A stretch of DNA of 64,000 bases from Macrostomum lignano (lineage: Eukaryota): the NCBI GenBank assembly GCA_002269645.1, contig NIVC01000364.1, positions 310,001 to 374,000 on the forward strand, written 5' to 3'. Of this stretch, positions 1-11,900 are shown piece after piece (position 1 is the stretch's first letter; each line of letters begins with the position of its first letter). The position numbers were made by a program, and so were the translations under genes. The notes below the pieces were generated by a model that had not been told where the DNA came from, made no database searches, and saw nothing but the letters and a program-made list of their open reading frames with translations.

Positions 1-556
1 AAACCCACACTAGGTTACAAACCCCCACTAGGCTACAACCCCCACTAGGCTACAACCCCCCCACTAGGCTACAACCCCCCCCCACTAGGCTACAACCCCC
101 CACTAGGCTACAAACCCCCACTAGGCTACAAACCCCACTAGGTTACAAACCCCCACTAGGCTACAACCCCCACTAGGCTACAAACCCCCACTAGGCTACA
201 ACCCCCCACTAGGCTACAACCCCCCCACTAGGTTACAAACCCCCACTAGGCTACAACCCCCACTAGGCTACAACCCCCCACTAGGCTACAACCCCCCCAC
301 TAGGCTACAACCCCCACTAGGCTACAACCCCCCACTAGGCTACAACCCCCCACTAGGCTACAACCCCCCCCCCCACTAGGCTACAACCCCCCACTAGGCT
401 ACAACCCCCCACTAGGTTACAAACCCCCACTAGGCTACAACCCCCCCACTAGGCTACAACCCCCCACTAGGCTACAACCCCCCACTAGGCTACAACCCCC
501 ACTAGGCTACAACCCCCCACTAGGCTACAACCCCCCCCCCACTAGGCTACAAACCC
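1..556. repeat. Minisatellite, ~17-19 bp unit CCCCCACTAGGCTACAA(A)
   Basis: Direct tandem repetition with variable C-run length; runs off the left window edge. Confidence 0.97.
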
Positions 557-672
557 CTGTAGCCTAGCTTTTCGTTAATGGAAGTTTAATATTCAATAAC
601 TTCAAATCATCAAATCGAATCAAACTACGAGTAAAGTTTTCCAAACATCACATTGCATGTCAAGATTAACTA

Positions 673-3600
673 ATGGACGATATTCATCGCAATGCCCTGC
701 TGAAGGCTCGCTGCGTGCTGGTCAGTCAGCTGGTAGCGGACAATAAGCTTTGGGGCCTGCTACTAGAGAGAAAGGTGTTCACCAAGCCAATGCTGGAGCG
801 AATCCTCTGCCAAGGAACTCCGCACGAGCGACGCCAACAACTGATGGACGACCTGCCTAGACGCGGTCCGGACGCATTCGGCCAGTTTCTGGGCATCCTT
901 CGCGACACCAGACAGCAGGACCTGGCGGACTATCTTGACGGCATGGACCGGCACCTCAGGCACGGCCATCCGCTGCCGTCGGAGCCGCGGCCGCAGCCCA
1001 GACCGCCATCGGGGCCGAGTCAACCGGCGCAGCCATCGCAGCCGCAGGATGATCCGTCTCGAAGGCCGTCAGTCGACCGTTCAGTCAGTCGAATAGGCGT
1101 GACCAACCAACCCAACATCCCCGATGACGTTCTGTCTGTACAGGAGGTAAGACGTTACTTAGCTGCCTACTGTATTATGTTATTTGCCTTTAGTTTATTC
1201 GTACTCACCAAGGGGGAGGGGGATTCTCTGGTGTCATCTGTTGAAGGTGCCGACGGCGTCGGGGTGATGACAGAATGCTTGAGAGACTAGATGAGAATGT
1301 CCAGCAGTTGAGGTTTGCCCACTGTCGAGGCTTGATCAGTGACATCAGAGAAACTCGCAACAGGGTGTTCATAGTCACCTGGTGCCAGCTGTTGAAGGTC
1401 CAGAAGCTCCGCCTGGGTGAAGACCAGCGACCAGTGAAGTCAGAGCTGAGTCAGGCACATTTGGTCGACGTGCTGATGAAATTTGGAGGCTTGGCAAGGC
1501 TGCACTGAGGCACAGGGGTGTACTGAATACACTGGCGCTTATGGAAAAAACCGACCTTCTGGCAGAATCGTCGAATATCTCGACGGACCGGAGGGCTGGC
1601 GACTTGATTCTTGTTTAATAAGAGGGTGCGCAACAAAATAGTTTTCTGTGCCTGCGTTGCTTCGGTGCAGCAAAAAATGTCTGTTGTTAACATTTCACAT
1701 TGAATCCTGAATCCTCTGCAGGTACTGGAACGCCATGAGGATGGCCTGGAAGAGTTGAACTTTCACACCTGCGGCATCATTGACAGTACTGAGCTGATGC
1801 CTCAACCGGTGACGCAGCAGCACCTGACGGAGAAGAGCAAGAATGATTGGGAATTCACATACCAGCTCCGCTCCAATCCGAAGGGTCTGCTGCTCATCAT
1901 TAGCAATCGAGATTTTGTTAAGAAGAGTAAACGAACCGGAACGGAAGTCGACTGCGAGAACCTGACTCGCGTGTTCAAGAACCTTGGCTATGAGCTCTAT
2001 AGGAACCAGGTTTTTAATGACAAAACGGCCGCAGAGATGAAGAGTCTCTGTCGCGAGTAAGTTTCGAAAATAGTTAAAGTTAAAAAAACTGCAAAGTGAT
2101 GACACGTTTAACACGATAGAAGTCGCGCTTAACCTTCATCTCACTCGCAGTTTCATCTTGGACCCGCGGCACGAAAGCCTGGACTCCTGTGTTTTGTGCA
2201 TTCTCTCTCACGGCGATCAAGGCGGTGTGATCTACGGCAGAGATGACCTCCCGGCGACCGAGGACGAGCTGTTCGAGCACTTCAACAGCGACCGATGCCG
2301 GCTGCACAACAAGCCCAAGCTGGTCATTATCCAGGCCTGCCGCGGCTCCATGAAAGACAAAGGCCACATTTTTGATCAAGTGAGCTGGCTGCTCGTCCAA
2401 GTTCGAGCGTTATTTATCCGAAATTACAGATTCAGTTCTGCAGCATATCAACCTCAAGTGCTCCATCAGCATTTAAATCTCAAGTTGCTCCATCAGCATC
2501 TAACCTCAAGTGCTCCATCAGCATTTAAATCTCAAGTTGCTCCATCAGCATCTGACCTCATGTTGCTCCATCGGCATCTGACTTCAAGTTGCTCCATCAG
2601 CATTTAAACCTCATGTTGCTCCATCAACATCTGACTTCAAGTTGCTCCATCAGCATCTAACCTCAAGTGCTCCATCAGCATTTAAATCTCAAGTTGCTCC
2701 ATCAGCATCTGACCTCATGTTGCTCCATCAGCATCTGACTTCAAGTTGCTCCATCAGCATTTAAACCTCATGTTGCTCCATCAGCATTTAAACCTCATGT
2801 TGCTCCATCAGCATTTAACCCTCAAGTTGCTCCATCAGCATCTGATCTCAAGTTGCTCCATCAGCATCTGACCTGCAGTATCCATTAGAAACCTATGTTT
2901 TAACCTTCAGCATTCATTAGAAACCTGTGTTCTAACCTGCAGCATCCATTAGAAACCTGTGTTCTAACCTGCAGCATCCATTAGAAACCTGTGTTCTAAC
3001 CTGCAGCATCCATTAGAAACCTGTGCTCTAACCTGCAGCATCCATTAGAAACCTGTGTTCTAACCTGCAGCATCCATTAGAAACCTGTGCTCTAACCTGC
3101 AGCATCCATTAGAAACCTGTGCTCTAACCTGCAGCATCCATTAGAAACCTGTGCTCTAACCTGCAGCATCCATTAGAAACCTGTGCTCTAACCTGCAGCA
3201 TCCATTAGAAACCTGTGCTCTAACCTGCAGCATCCATTAGAAACCTGTGTTCTAACCTGCAGCATTCATTAGAAACCTGTGCTCTAACCTGCAGCATCCA
3301 TTAGAAACCTGTGCTCTAACCTGCAGCATCCATTAGAAACCTGTGCTCTAACCTGCAGCATCCATTAGAAACCTGTGCTCTAACCTGCAGCATCCATTAG
3401 AAACCTGTGTTCTAACCTGCAGCATCCATTAGAAACCTGTGTTCTAACCTGCAGCATCCATTAGAAACCTGTGCTCTAACCTGCAGCATCCATTAGAAAC
3501 CTGTGCTCTAACCTGCAGCATCCATTAGAAACCTGTGCTCTAACCTGCAGCATCCATTAGAAACCTGTGCTCTAACCTGCAGCATCCATTAGAAGCCTGT

Positions 3601-4035
3601 GCTCTAACCTGCAGCATCCATTAGAAACCTGTGTTTTGACAAGCCTAAAAGCATCCCCTACTGTTCCAGACTGACTCGGCATCGGGGGATAAAACAGACC
3701 AAACAACTGTTCAGAAGATTATCCACAGCCTGCAGGAGGAAAACTACAGCGACACGATGGACTTGGAGAAGCGAGTGCCTCTCTATGCGGACATTGTGTT
3801 CGCGCATTCCACCACGCCAGGTTTCGTATCCTGGCGGCACGAGCTCCGAGGCAGCTGGTTCATTCAGACCATTGCCAAGACTTTTGCAGCCTACGCTCAC
3901 GAGGAGCACGTGTTTGACATGCTGACCACCGTGAACAGGATCGTGACGGAAACGTTCGGCGGGAGGCTGGGATACGTCTCCATGCCGCATCCCATCAGCA
4001 GGCTGAGGAAGAAGTTCTACTTCTTTCCAAAGTAG
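673..4035 (+). CDS. CARD-domain initiator caspase (caspase-2/9-like), 4 exons, 467 aa
   Basis: Exons 673-1146, 1722-2056, 2151-2379 and 3670-4035 are all GT-AG and phase-consistent (0,2,0). The N-terminal CARD-like helical domain (MDDIHRNALLKAR...DLPRRGPDAFGQFLGIL) is followed by a Pro-rich linker. Catalytic His lies in ILSHG and catalytic Cys in QACRG (2332-2346). The inter-subunit linker contains DQTD. The small subunit has ADIVFAHSTTPGFVSWR..GSWFIQ. Confidence 0.95.
1566..1679. repeat. Dispersed ~115 bp repeat, copy 1 (copy 2 at 4595-4716)
   Basis: AATCGTCGAATATCTCGACGG..GGCTGGCGACTTGA and CTGCGTTGCT..TGCAGCA are shared with 4595-4716. Confidence 0.7.
2443..2872. repeat. Minisatellite ~27 bp (TCAAGTTGCTCCATCAGCATCTGACC), caspase intron 3
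   Basis: Direct tandem repeats with variant units. Confidence 0.92.
2873..3635. repeat. Minisatellite 32 bp (CTGCAGCATCCATTAGAAACCTGTGCTCTAAC), ~24 copies, caspase intron 3
   Basis: Near-perfect tandem repeats with a 32-nt period. Confidence 0.97.
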
Positions 4036-4594
4036 AGTTCTTTGAGCAACTCTCTATTGAGCGTTGATTTTAATGTAATTGTTTTGATTCCCTGCCAAAC
4101 TTCTCGCGTTAACAATGATAAAATTCAATGACAGAGCGGCACTTATGATTTCGAAATCAATTCTCTTAATTCTATACATGTGGCTCAAACAAACCTTTGC
4201 ATCGATGCGTGTCTTCCTAGTGAGTAATTACAGTTTGTAAAGCCGGTTTAATTCTATTCAAGCTATTCATTCATTGTCTGTATAATTAATCTCAATGCAA
4301 GTCTACTACGAGCGTATTTAACCAATTATTTCTTTGTTGATATATGATTGCTATTACAGTATTTATGCTACAAGTCAGTATACAGTACTGTATAATCGTT
4401 ATTCAGAACTTGCCAAGCTAAAGCAGAAGTACGAGCCGTACTTGAGTTCGAGTCTTTCAAAGTACAATTTCTTTCCAACACAGATCGGCCGAGAGAGCCG
4501 AAAGACACAGCAGTCCATCTTTGATGTTGAGAATGCCAACTTGAGCACAAATATTTCTACAAGGACTGTCTAAATGGTGAGATATAGAGAGAGT

Positions 4595-4716
4595 AATCGT
4601 TGAATATCTCGACGGTCTGAAAGGCTGGCAACTTGACTTGATTTTTGAAAAAATTAACTGGCGTTTTTTCAAATTTTTTGTTCTGCGTTGCTCCTCTCCA
4701 ATGCAGCAGAAAATTA
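4595..4716. repeat. Dispersed ~120 bp repeat, copy 2
   Basis: Aligns by eye with 1566-1679 at both ends; the middle part is divergent. Confidence 0.7.
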
Positions 4717-5272
4717 ATTGTCTCAGTATAATAATGGTATAACGAATAATAAATGGCTTGAAATTCCTGCTGCTTGTGCGACGACTGTTAGAGCAGAACA
4801 ACTGAGATTTCTACAGTCACACACCGGCGAAATTGATCTGAAACAATGCATGCGATTTCCAACTAGATTGTCACGCCTCCGTTGCCGCTTTTTAGGAATT
4901 GAGAATTCAATTCCATTTGTTAAATTGATTTTATCACTTTGCATTGCATTATACGCTCGTATCTAAAAATTGAAAAATCGTTTTCTCCTTTTCTATTAGC
5001 CTAGTTCGATTCCCCTAAATAACCGATTTTAGTAAGGACCCGGAGAAATGTATAAATACTCGTAATGATAAACAAAGTTTAATTTAAACATAAAAAGTGT
5101 GTCATTTATCCTGTTTTCCTGAAGGAAAAATCATTTGCCACAATAAGATTTATTTTTTCATTTCGCATGCTTTTTAAAACCTCTAATCCGTTAGTTCTTG
5201 AGATAGTTATTGTTCTAGCTGTCAGTAAAAGCAAAAATAGTTAAGCATTGATCTTTTTCCTTGTCTTCTTAC

Positions 5273-6659
5273 TCAGTCGAACGGTGACAAGCATTTGCAC
5301 AGCACGGCCTTGAAGTACACATCAGTCTCCGCCACGTCGGATAAACCAGTTTTGAAACTCCATCTGGCGGCGCAGTTTTCAATTCCATTGAAGTTGTTCG
5401 GCTCACCGGTGCCCCAGAGACTGGCGCTCAGGCTGTTTCCGCAGCTGTCCCAGATCCAACCGCTGCCAGGCTCTTGGCTGCCTGTGAGCTGCCGACCGCC
5501 TAGGAAAAAGCCGCCGGGAAAGAGCCTGATATACTTTGCAATGAACAAAGCGTCAATGTGGCTCATCTCGTCCTGGCTGGAGATGTCAGCCGCGACAGTG
5601 AGGCCCTGCTCGTCATTGTTGCATCTATTTGTGCCCGAAGTCCAATCGCTGGTTGGGAGCATCCGGTACTTTGCGTCGCAGAAACTGTCTCCGTAGCTTG
5701 TCGGACAGAGCAGACCCGGGGAGAGTCCTGGCAGCTGTCTGCGGTGATTGTCATGGGTACATTCTCATGACAGTGCGGGAGCAAACACCGCGACTATACT
5801 GAGAGACACTGCGTTCGGCTTCCTGTTGGAGATTTCTCAGCTAGAACACTAATTATAGCATTTTGCAGTCTAGTTGTGAACAGTGGCTTTTTCGAACATT
5901 CTTCTCTCCCTTTCGCGAGGAGAGTAGCGACATCTGACGGATAACCTAAATTCATTATTAAATCCTTATTTCCCCGGGAAGCCCTCTGGTAGAGAATGGC
6001 CCTTTTAGAGCCATTAGAAACCAGGCGTTAGCGTTGGTTCTGTTCTTTGAACTGCCCTTCCCAAAACGTGCTAAAATTGATCATCCTCCTCTTAATTTAA
6101 CCGTTGCTATGGATCTCTTGAAATATCTATGGCCGAACTTTTACAAGGCGCGAGCTACATCAGGAATGAAATAATGTAAATTAATTGGCAGTGAATTTTT
6201 ATGTTACCTCCTATACATAGTAGCTTTTCTGAAAGCATGATTCAGGTAAATACGAAAAACTCTTGTTCTCTTTTAACAATTGAGATTTATCATGCCGCTA
6301 CAATTACGAACCTATAAAAGCTCAAAAACTGCTCACTTCACATAGACTCGACCACGCTTGTTGCATTTGCAGTCGCGCACATTCCTGCTGCAACGGTCAA
6401 AGAGGAACAGCGTGCAGATGCCGGCTTCAATGTTGAAGGCTCGGCAGAGCCCTTCCTGGCCGCAGAAGAGCGCACACTGCTGACCTGAGCAGGCACCAAT
6501 AGTTCTCACGTATCTGTCAGCAATGCAAAGCGAGCCGTTAATTGGAGTGAATCTGTGCTGCTGTCGGGCTACATTTGGGCATGAAGACGATATCGTTGCG
6601 GTTACTATGGTAACGTAGTAGGTTGCCAAAACGATTACGGTCACTTTCGCGAGACTCAT
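5273..6659 (-). CDS. Secreted PAN/apple-domain plus C-type lectin domain protein, 2 exons, 262 aa
   Basis: Exon 1 (6659-6337) encodes a signal peptide (MSLAKVTVIVLATYYVTIVTA) and a PAN-like Cys pattern (C.LFC.....C.AFN.....C.L). It ends at a phase-2 donor GTGAGC. Exon 2 (5738-5273) starts at a phase-2 acceptor CACCGCAG and encodes a CTL domain: CP..Y...C, W...C, FFLGG, WIW, WGTGEPNN..ENC. Confidence 0.82.
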
Positions 6660-6845
6660 TGTGGACTAGCTGCTAATAGATTTCTGTAATTCGATTTCTG
6701 ACTTCATACATTAAATGCATCGCCGCGAGGTTAAAATTGATTGGATGCTTATAACTATTGGCTTTGCAGCTGTAGCGTATCAGAAGAAAAGCAAGTTAAT
6801 TGGCTTGATTAATTGATCTGGAAATTTCCTGAATATTCTGCACAC

Positions 6846-7672
6846 TGAACACTGAACCAGCATGGGTAATGGTTGGATGACGAGAGCTACACACTGAACC
6901 AGCATGGGCAATGGTTGGATGACGAGACCAACACACTGAACCAGCATTGGGTAATGGTTGGATGACGAGACCAACACACTGAACCAGCATGGGTAATGGT
7001 TGGATGACGAGAGCTACACACTGAACTAGCATGGGTAATGGTTGGATGACGAGACCAACACACTGAACCAGCATTGGGTAATGGTTGGATGACGAGACCA
7101 ACACACTGAACCAGCATTGGGTAATGGTTGGATGACGAGACCAACACACTGAACCAGCATGGGTAATGGTTGGATGACGAGAGCTACACACTGAACTAGC
7201 ATGGGTAATGGTTGGATGACGAGACCAACACACTGAACCAGCATTGGGTAATGGTTGGATGACGAGACCAACACACTGAACCAGCATGGGTAATGGTTGG
7301 ATGACGAGAGCTACACACTGAACTAGCATGGGTAATGGTTGGATGACGAGAGCTACACACTGAACCAGCAAGGGTAATGGTTGGATGACGAGAGCTACAC
7401 ACTGAACCAGCAAGGGTAATGGTTGGATGACGAGAGCTACACACTGAACCAGCATGGGTAATGGTTGGATGACGAGAGCTACACACTGAACCAGCATGGG
7501 TAATGGTTGGATGACGAGAGCTACACACTGAACCAGCATGGGTAATGGTTGGATGACGAGAGCTACACACTGAACCAGCATGGGTAATGGTTGGATGACG
7601 AGAGCTACACACTGAACCAGCATGGGTAATGGTTGGATGACGAGAGCTACACACATGAACCAGCATGGGTAA
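6846..7672. repeat. Minisatellite 42 bp (ACACACTGAACCAGCATGGGTAATGGTTGGATGACGAGAGCT), ~19 copies
   Basis: Tandem repeats; source of the spurious ORFs at 6780-7710. Confidence 0.97.
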
Positions 7673-8949
7673 GTTGAATGGATCATGAAAGACGAAAAAT
7701 CACTAAGCAATTAAGCATTTGGAAACAATGCTAACGTCTCAGTACTAGCCATGTTTTACCAACCAAGTGCTAATAGTCTGCATGTATTGGGTTTTGGGTG
7801 GTAAAGCTTTGGGTGCAAAATATTGATTGCTAATCTTTAAATGCTGATTGCGGAGTGCTTCAGATTCCGAGACTCAAAGGGAATATCTCATTTGCCATGG
7901 CTTCAGAAACTTTTCGCAAGAAAAAATGTTAGCTTTTCTCAGCAAGAAATCGTCACCCGTTAATTGACGAGTGATTTTTCTGGTTTGAATAGCAGATATG
8001 CTTCCTTCTTTGCTGTGAGATTCTGTTCAGATGTCAAAGTTGATGTTGAACTTCAATATCCCAAATAAGGGTCTCGTGCTATCACTGTATAGCTGAATGC
8101 AACTGCAATTGTAGTTTCAGACTGCGAGGGTTTTAACTTTTATAGTATTATAGTATATTGTACTACGAGCGTACTCTTTATATTGTTCAGCGAAACTTAT
8201 CGCACTATTCTACTTAGAAGATAAAGTAGTAAGCTTTGAAATAAAATTAGAATTATTTACTTGTAGATAATTGGAAGCATTAATGTCCTACACAGAAATT
8301 TAAATCGCTTTTAGAAACAGGAATTGAATGCGAAAATATTGCCTAAACATTTTGCGAAGAATTGACTCGCGAACTACTTGTATAGCTTTTTGTAATAGAT
8401 GCTGCAGACATTGAATTGGAAGTAATTGAGATGCATAAATTTTTATGGCATTTTTTCTGCCACTATACATGTACTTCTAATAGTTTTTTTATTTAGAGAG
8501 CAGAGAGACACGGGGCAGCTAATGTATGGAACTTGTCCCTCTACAAACATATGTAAGGCTATATCAGTTAAGACTATAACTCCCTTCATCGGCTGCCTGG
8601 CACTTCAATGAAAGCATGCAGCGAATGTTTAGTGGTTTGGAAGCTTTGCAATTGTGTCCGGGCCATCCCGCTTTCTCAGTTTAAAATTAAGCCTCCTCAT
8701 CAATTTGCTGGTTCAATCCATCTGCCTGGTTCTCCAGGCGACGACAGGTAGCTAAGATAGAGTAGCACTAGCTCATGAGTTGAAGCTGATTTATATGCGA
8801 TTGCAACCTCGGAAAAAACACATATTTAGTTCGTTTGACTTTACAAGTATTGTCAAAAGCAAAATGTTTCGACAAAGCACCTATGGTCCATTAGGTGTCC
8901 ATCAAAGAAATTTATTTTAAATAAGCGTTTTGTGAGCGATTAAACAAAA

Positions 8950-11900
8950 TACACGAAACTCTTAGCTAATTCAGTGCATACTTGTAAAAAACTGTTGTAG
9001 TTTTTATAAACTAGCATTTTTATTACTTTACTGGTTAATAAAAAAAAATTTTGCGTTGACATGTGCTTAGTCAACAACATAATTTGATTGGTGATATATT
9101 TGTATTTTTACAGTGCATATACAACAATAGGCCAGAATGCCCAGCCAACTGGCATTAACTTAAAGTATGCAGTTTACGTAATATTAACGTATTTTGGCAT
9201 TTTTAGGCGCATGTGCCTACTTTACTTGACCAGTTAGTCATGCTTTGCTTTGCTACATGCTACATGCTTTGTTGCTTTTGTGTAACAAAGCATGTAGCAT
9301 TTATGTAGCATTTATTTATACATAGCATTTATGTATACTAAGGACTAAGGAGGATAGAGACTAGAGCATCGTTAAACTAAGCAAAATTCTTTTAATTTAA
9401 GCAAACAAATGCAATTCGATTGCAATGCCACAAATCACATCATTTTCAATAGTCAACATTCCATCCTAATTTTTCTTTATTTAACTTTCAACCTTAAGAC
9501 AATTCTTTTATCCTAAGCTTCAAAAACTTATACTAAAGAAGGGCTAAGTTTTTAATTGTGTAATTTTAAATAGGAAATTTTGTTCTTATAAAATATGTTT
9601 TTTAACATCAGGCAGTTGTTATTTGTCCAGTGACTGGACAAATAGCCTTTTTGCTATTTTTCTAGTTAAATTGTTAACACAAGTGTCTATTTGTTTAGTG
9701 ATGAATATTCTAGATTTTTAAGACCTTTTCTGGTATCCTGATTAATATTTTGTTATATACTAGTGGCAGTGCAGGCAAAGCAGATATGTGTAGGGCCTAA
9801 TGCATATGCAATTCAGTATCATTTGGTATAGGCCTATAAGACATACACTAGTAGGCCTATAAAAACATAATAATCAAGATACAAATAAGAAGTCTTTGAA
9901 GTCTAGGAATATTCAACCTTGTAGTTTCTGTAAAATAAAATATCAATTTAACCAAACAAAAAATGGCTATTTTGGCTATTTGTCTTCTAACTCTAATATT
10001 AACCATATAAATAGGGAAACATAGCTATTATCCAATGGTATCCAGTCAATCCGGCAACAAGACAATCTGGCGACAGATGATCCAGCGACAGTCAATCTGG
10101 CGACAGATGATCCAGCGACAAATATTAAATCAACATATATCAGCATATATATCAAGCTATTATTTTTAGCTCTTTATTATTACCTATTATTACTTAAATA
10201 ATTAAATAACAATCACATAAACTATAATTGTTGCAGTATTTTACCAGAGTACTCATAGGCACGGCAGCCGTGTCTAATAATATTTGAGCTTATAGGCATG
10301 GCAATAAATCATTGATATATATAAAACGCGCATTCTGTAACTTGTAAGGCTCTCTCATAAGCAAATAGTGGCATAGTGGATATGTAGATTGCCTTGTGAT
10401 CGCATGTAGCAAGGGTTCGAATCCTGAGTGGTCAGAGTTTTTTAATTTGAAATTTGTTAGCAAATAGAAATTTTTCCATCTTGAACTTTTTTAGGTTTTT
10501 AATTAAAATAAAAAAATAAATTTAAATTATTTTAATTAAAAAATATTCAAAATTCTGCACATTCAAAAAATATTCGACAATATTTGAGAGTCAAAGAACC
10601 AAAAAATTGCTTTTCGCACTGCAACTTGTACGTGTTATAAATTTATCACATACATGTAACCCGCATTTAATGTAACAAATGCTTCATGGGTAATAATAGT
10701 ATAATATATAATAATAATATAATAACAATAGTATTAATAAAATTTATACTATAAATTTCAATTTTCAATTTTGTTACCATAAAATAGAAAGAACATGAAT
10801 TTTCATTCTGGTGTATACCTGGTATGATCTAGACTATGGTATATGCCATAATTTTCTAGCATGTATTAGCCTTTCATAGTTCACTAGTGTGCATGTTTGG
10901 CATGCTTAAATCTTAAAAGTTGTATTTGGCATACAAAATGTGGTATAAAAAAGCAATTTGAAAATAGGTGTAATTATTTTCTTGTTTTTGTAACAAAAGT
11001 TAAAACATTTAAAAAAAATAGATTTAAGCAATTAAGAGGTAATAGCAAGGCCAATAAAAAAATTAAATATTAATAAAATATGATAGTGTGCCACTCTTAA
11101 ATGTTACATATATGACAGATAGTACAATGTATAATAGTCTGGAAAAAATGGTCAATGTATCCAGCATATAGAAAAATCTACCGGAAAATTGCGCCACAGA
11201 GCCAGCATATAGCATAGCTATTCACATACTAAAAACAAACTGTTGTAATGCAAAAAATGGTCTTTTATTGTTGCAATACAAAAAGGTGTTTTATTGTCCT
11301 AATGCAAAAAGAAACTTTATTGTAGCTTGTAGCTATTCTTTTTTTATAATGTCTAGCATATAGATCACAAGTAAATTTGTTTTTGTTTGGCATAAATTTG
11401 AATTTATTATGTAGAGGGTTATTTCTTCTAGCATACTATGTAACATTTGAGTGTGGTGATAGTGCTATTTTAAAGAATTTTTAAGTACTAGAACTTTAAG
11501 TAATTGTAAGTTTTTGTAAAGGAGTAATAGACAACATTTATTTTGTTATAATATACATTTAAATTTTTAAACATAACAATAGAAAAAAGGTCCTTTATTG
11601 TTAAAACAGAATTGAACAGAATTCACACTTCCATTTTTGGCATACTTGGTATATACCTAAAATTTTACCCAAAAAATTCTGGCATACAGTGGACACCTTG
11701 ACAATGGTATATAACAAAGGTACTTGCCATTTTTAGTCTAATCAGCTGTATAGTATATACTGTCATATGTATTGACATATGGCATATATAATGCGTATAT
11801 ATATATATATATTTGACATGCCTTAAAGTTATATAATATACAAATACAAAATAGCATACAACCCATAGTTAGGAAGATAGCAGGTATACGCAAGTGCCCT

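Noticed and set aside
1147-1290. Read-through tail of ORF 673-1290 (hydrophobic LAAYCIMLFAFSLFVL) as a membrane-anchored CARD-only isoform
   Set aside because: It follows a strong GTAAGA donor and is T-rich intron sequence; no independent evidence for intron retention.
4334-4966. Short ORFs downstream of the caspase
   Set aside because: No ATG-anchored or spliceable model and stops in all frames; kept only as part of the dispersed-repeat observation.
6780-7710. Long ORFs up to 304 aa (MLVQCVALVIQPLP repeats)
   Set aside because: Translation of a 42-bp minisatellite; the same applies to ORFs at 15017-15901, 21912-23356, 26239-27059, 32199-32883, 47361-48708, 50651-51783, 53931-54565 (repeat part), 58372-60357 and 60655-61641.
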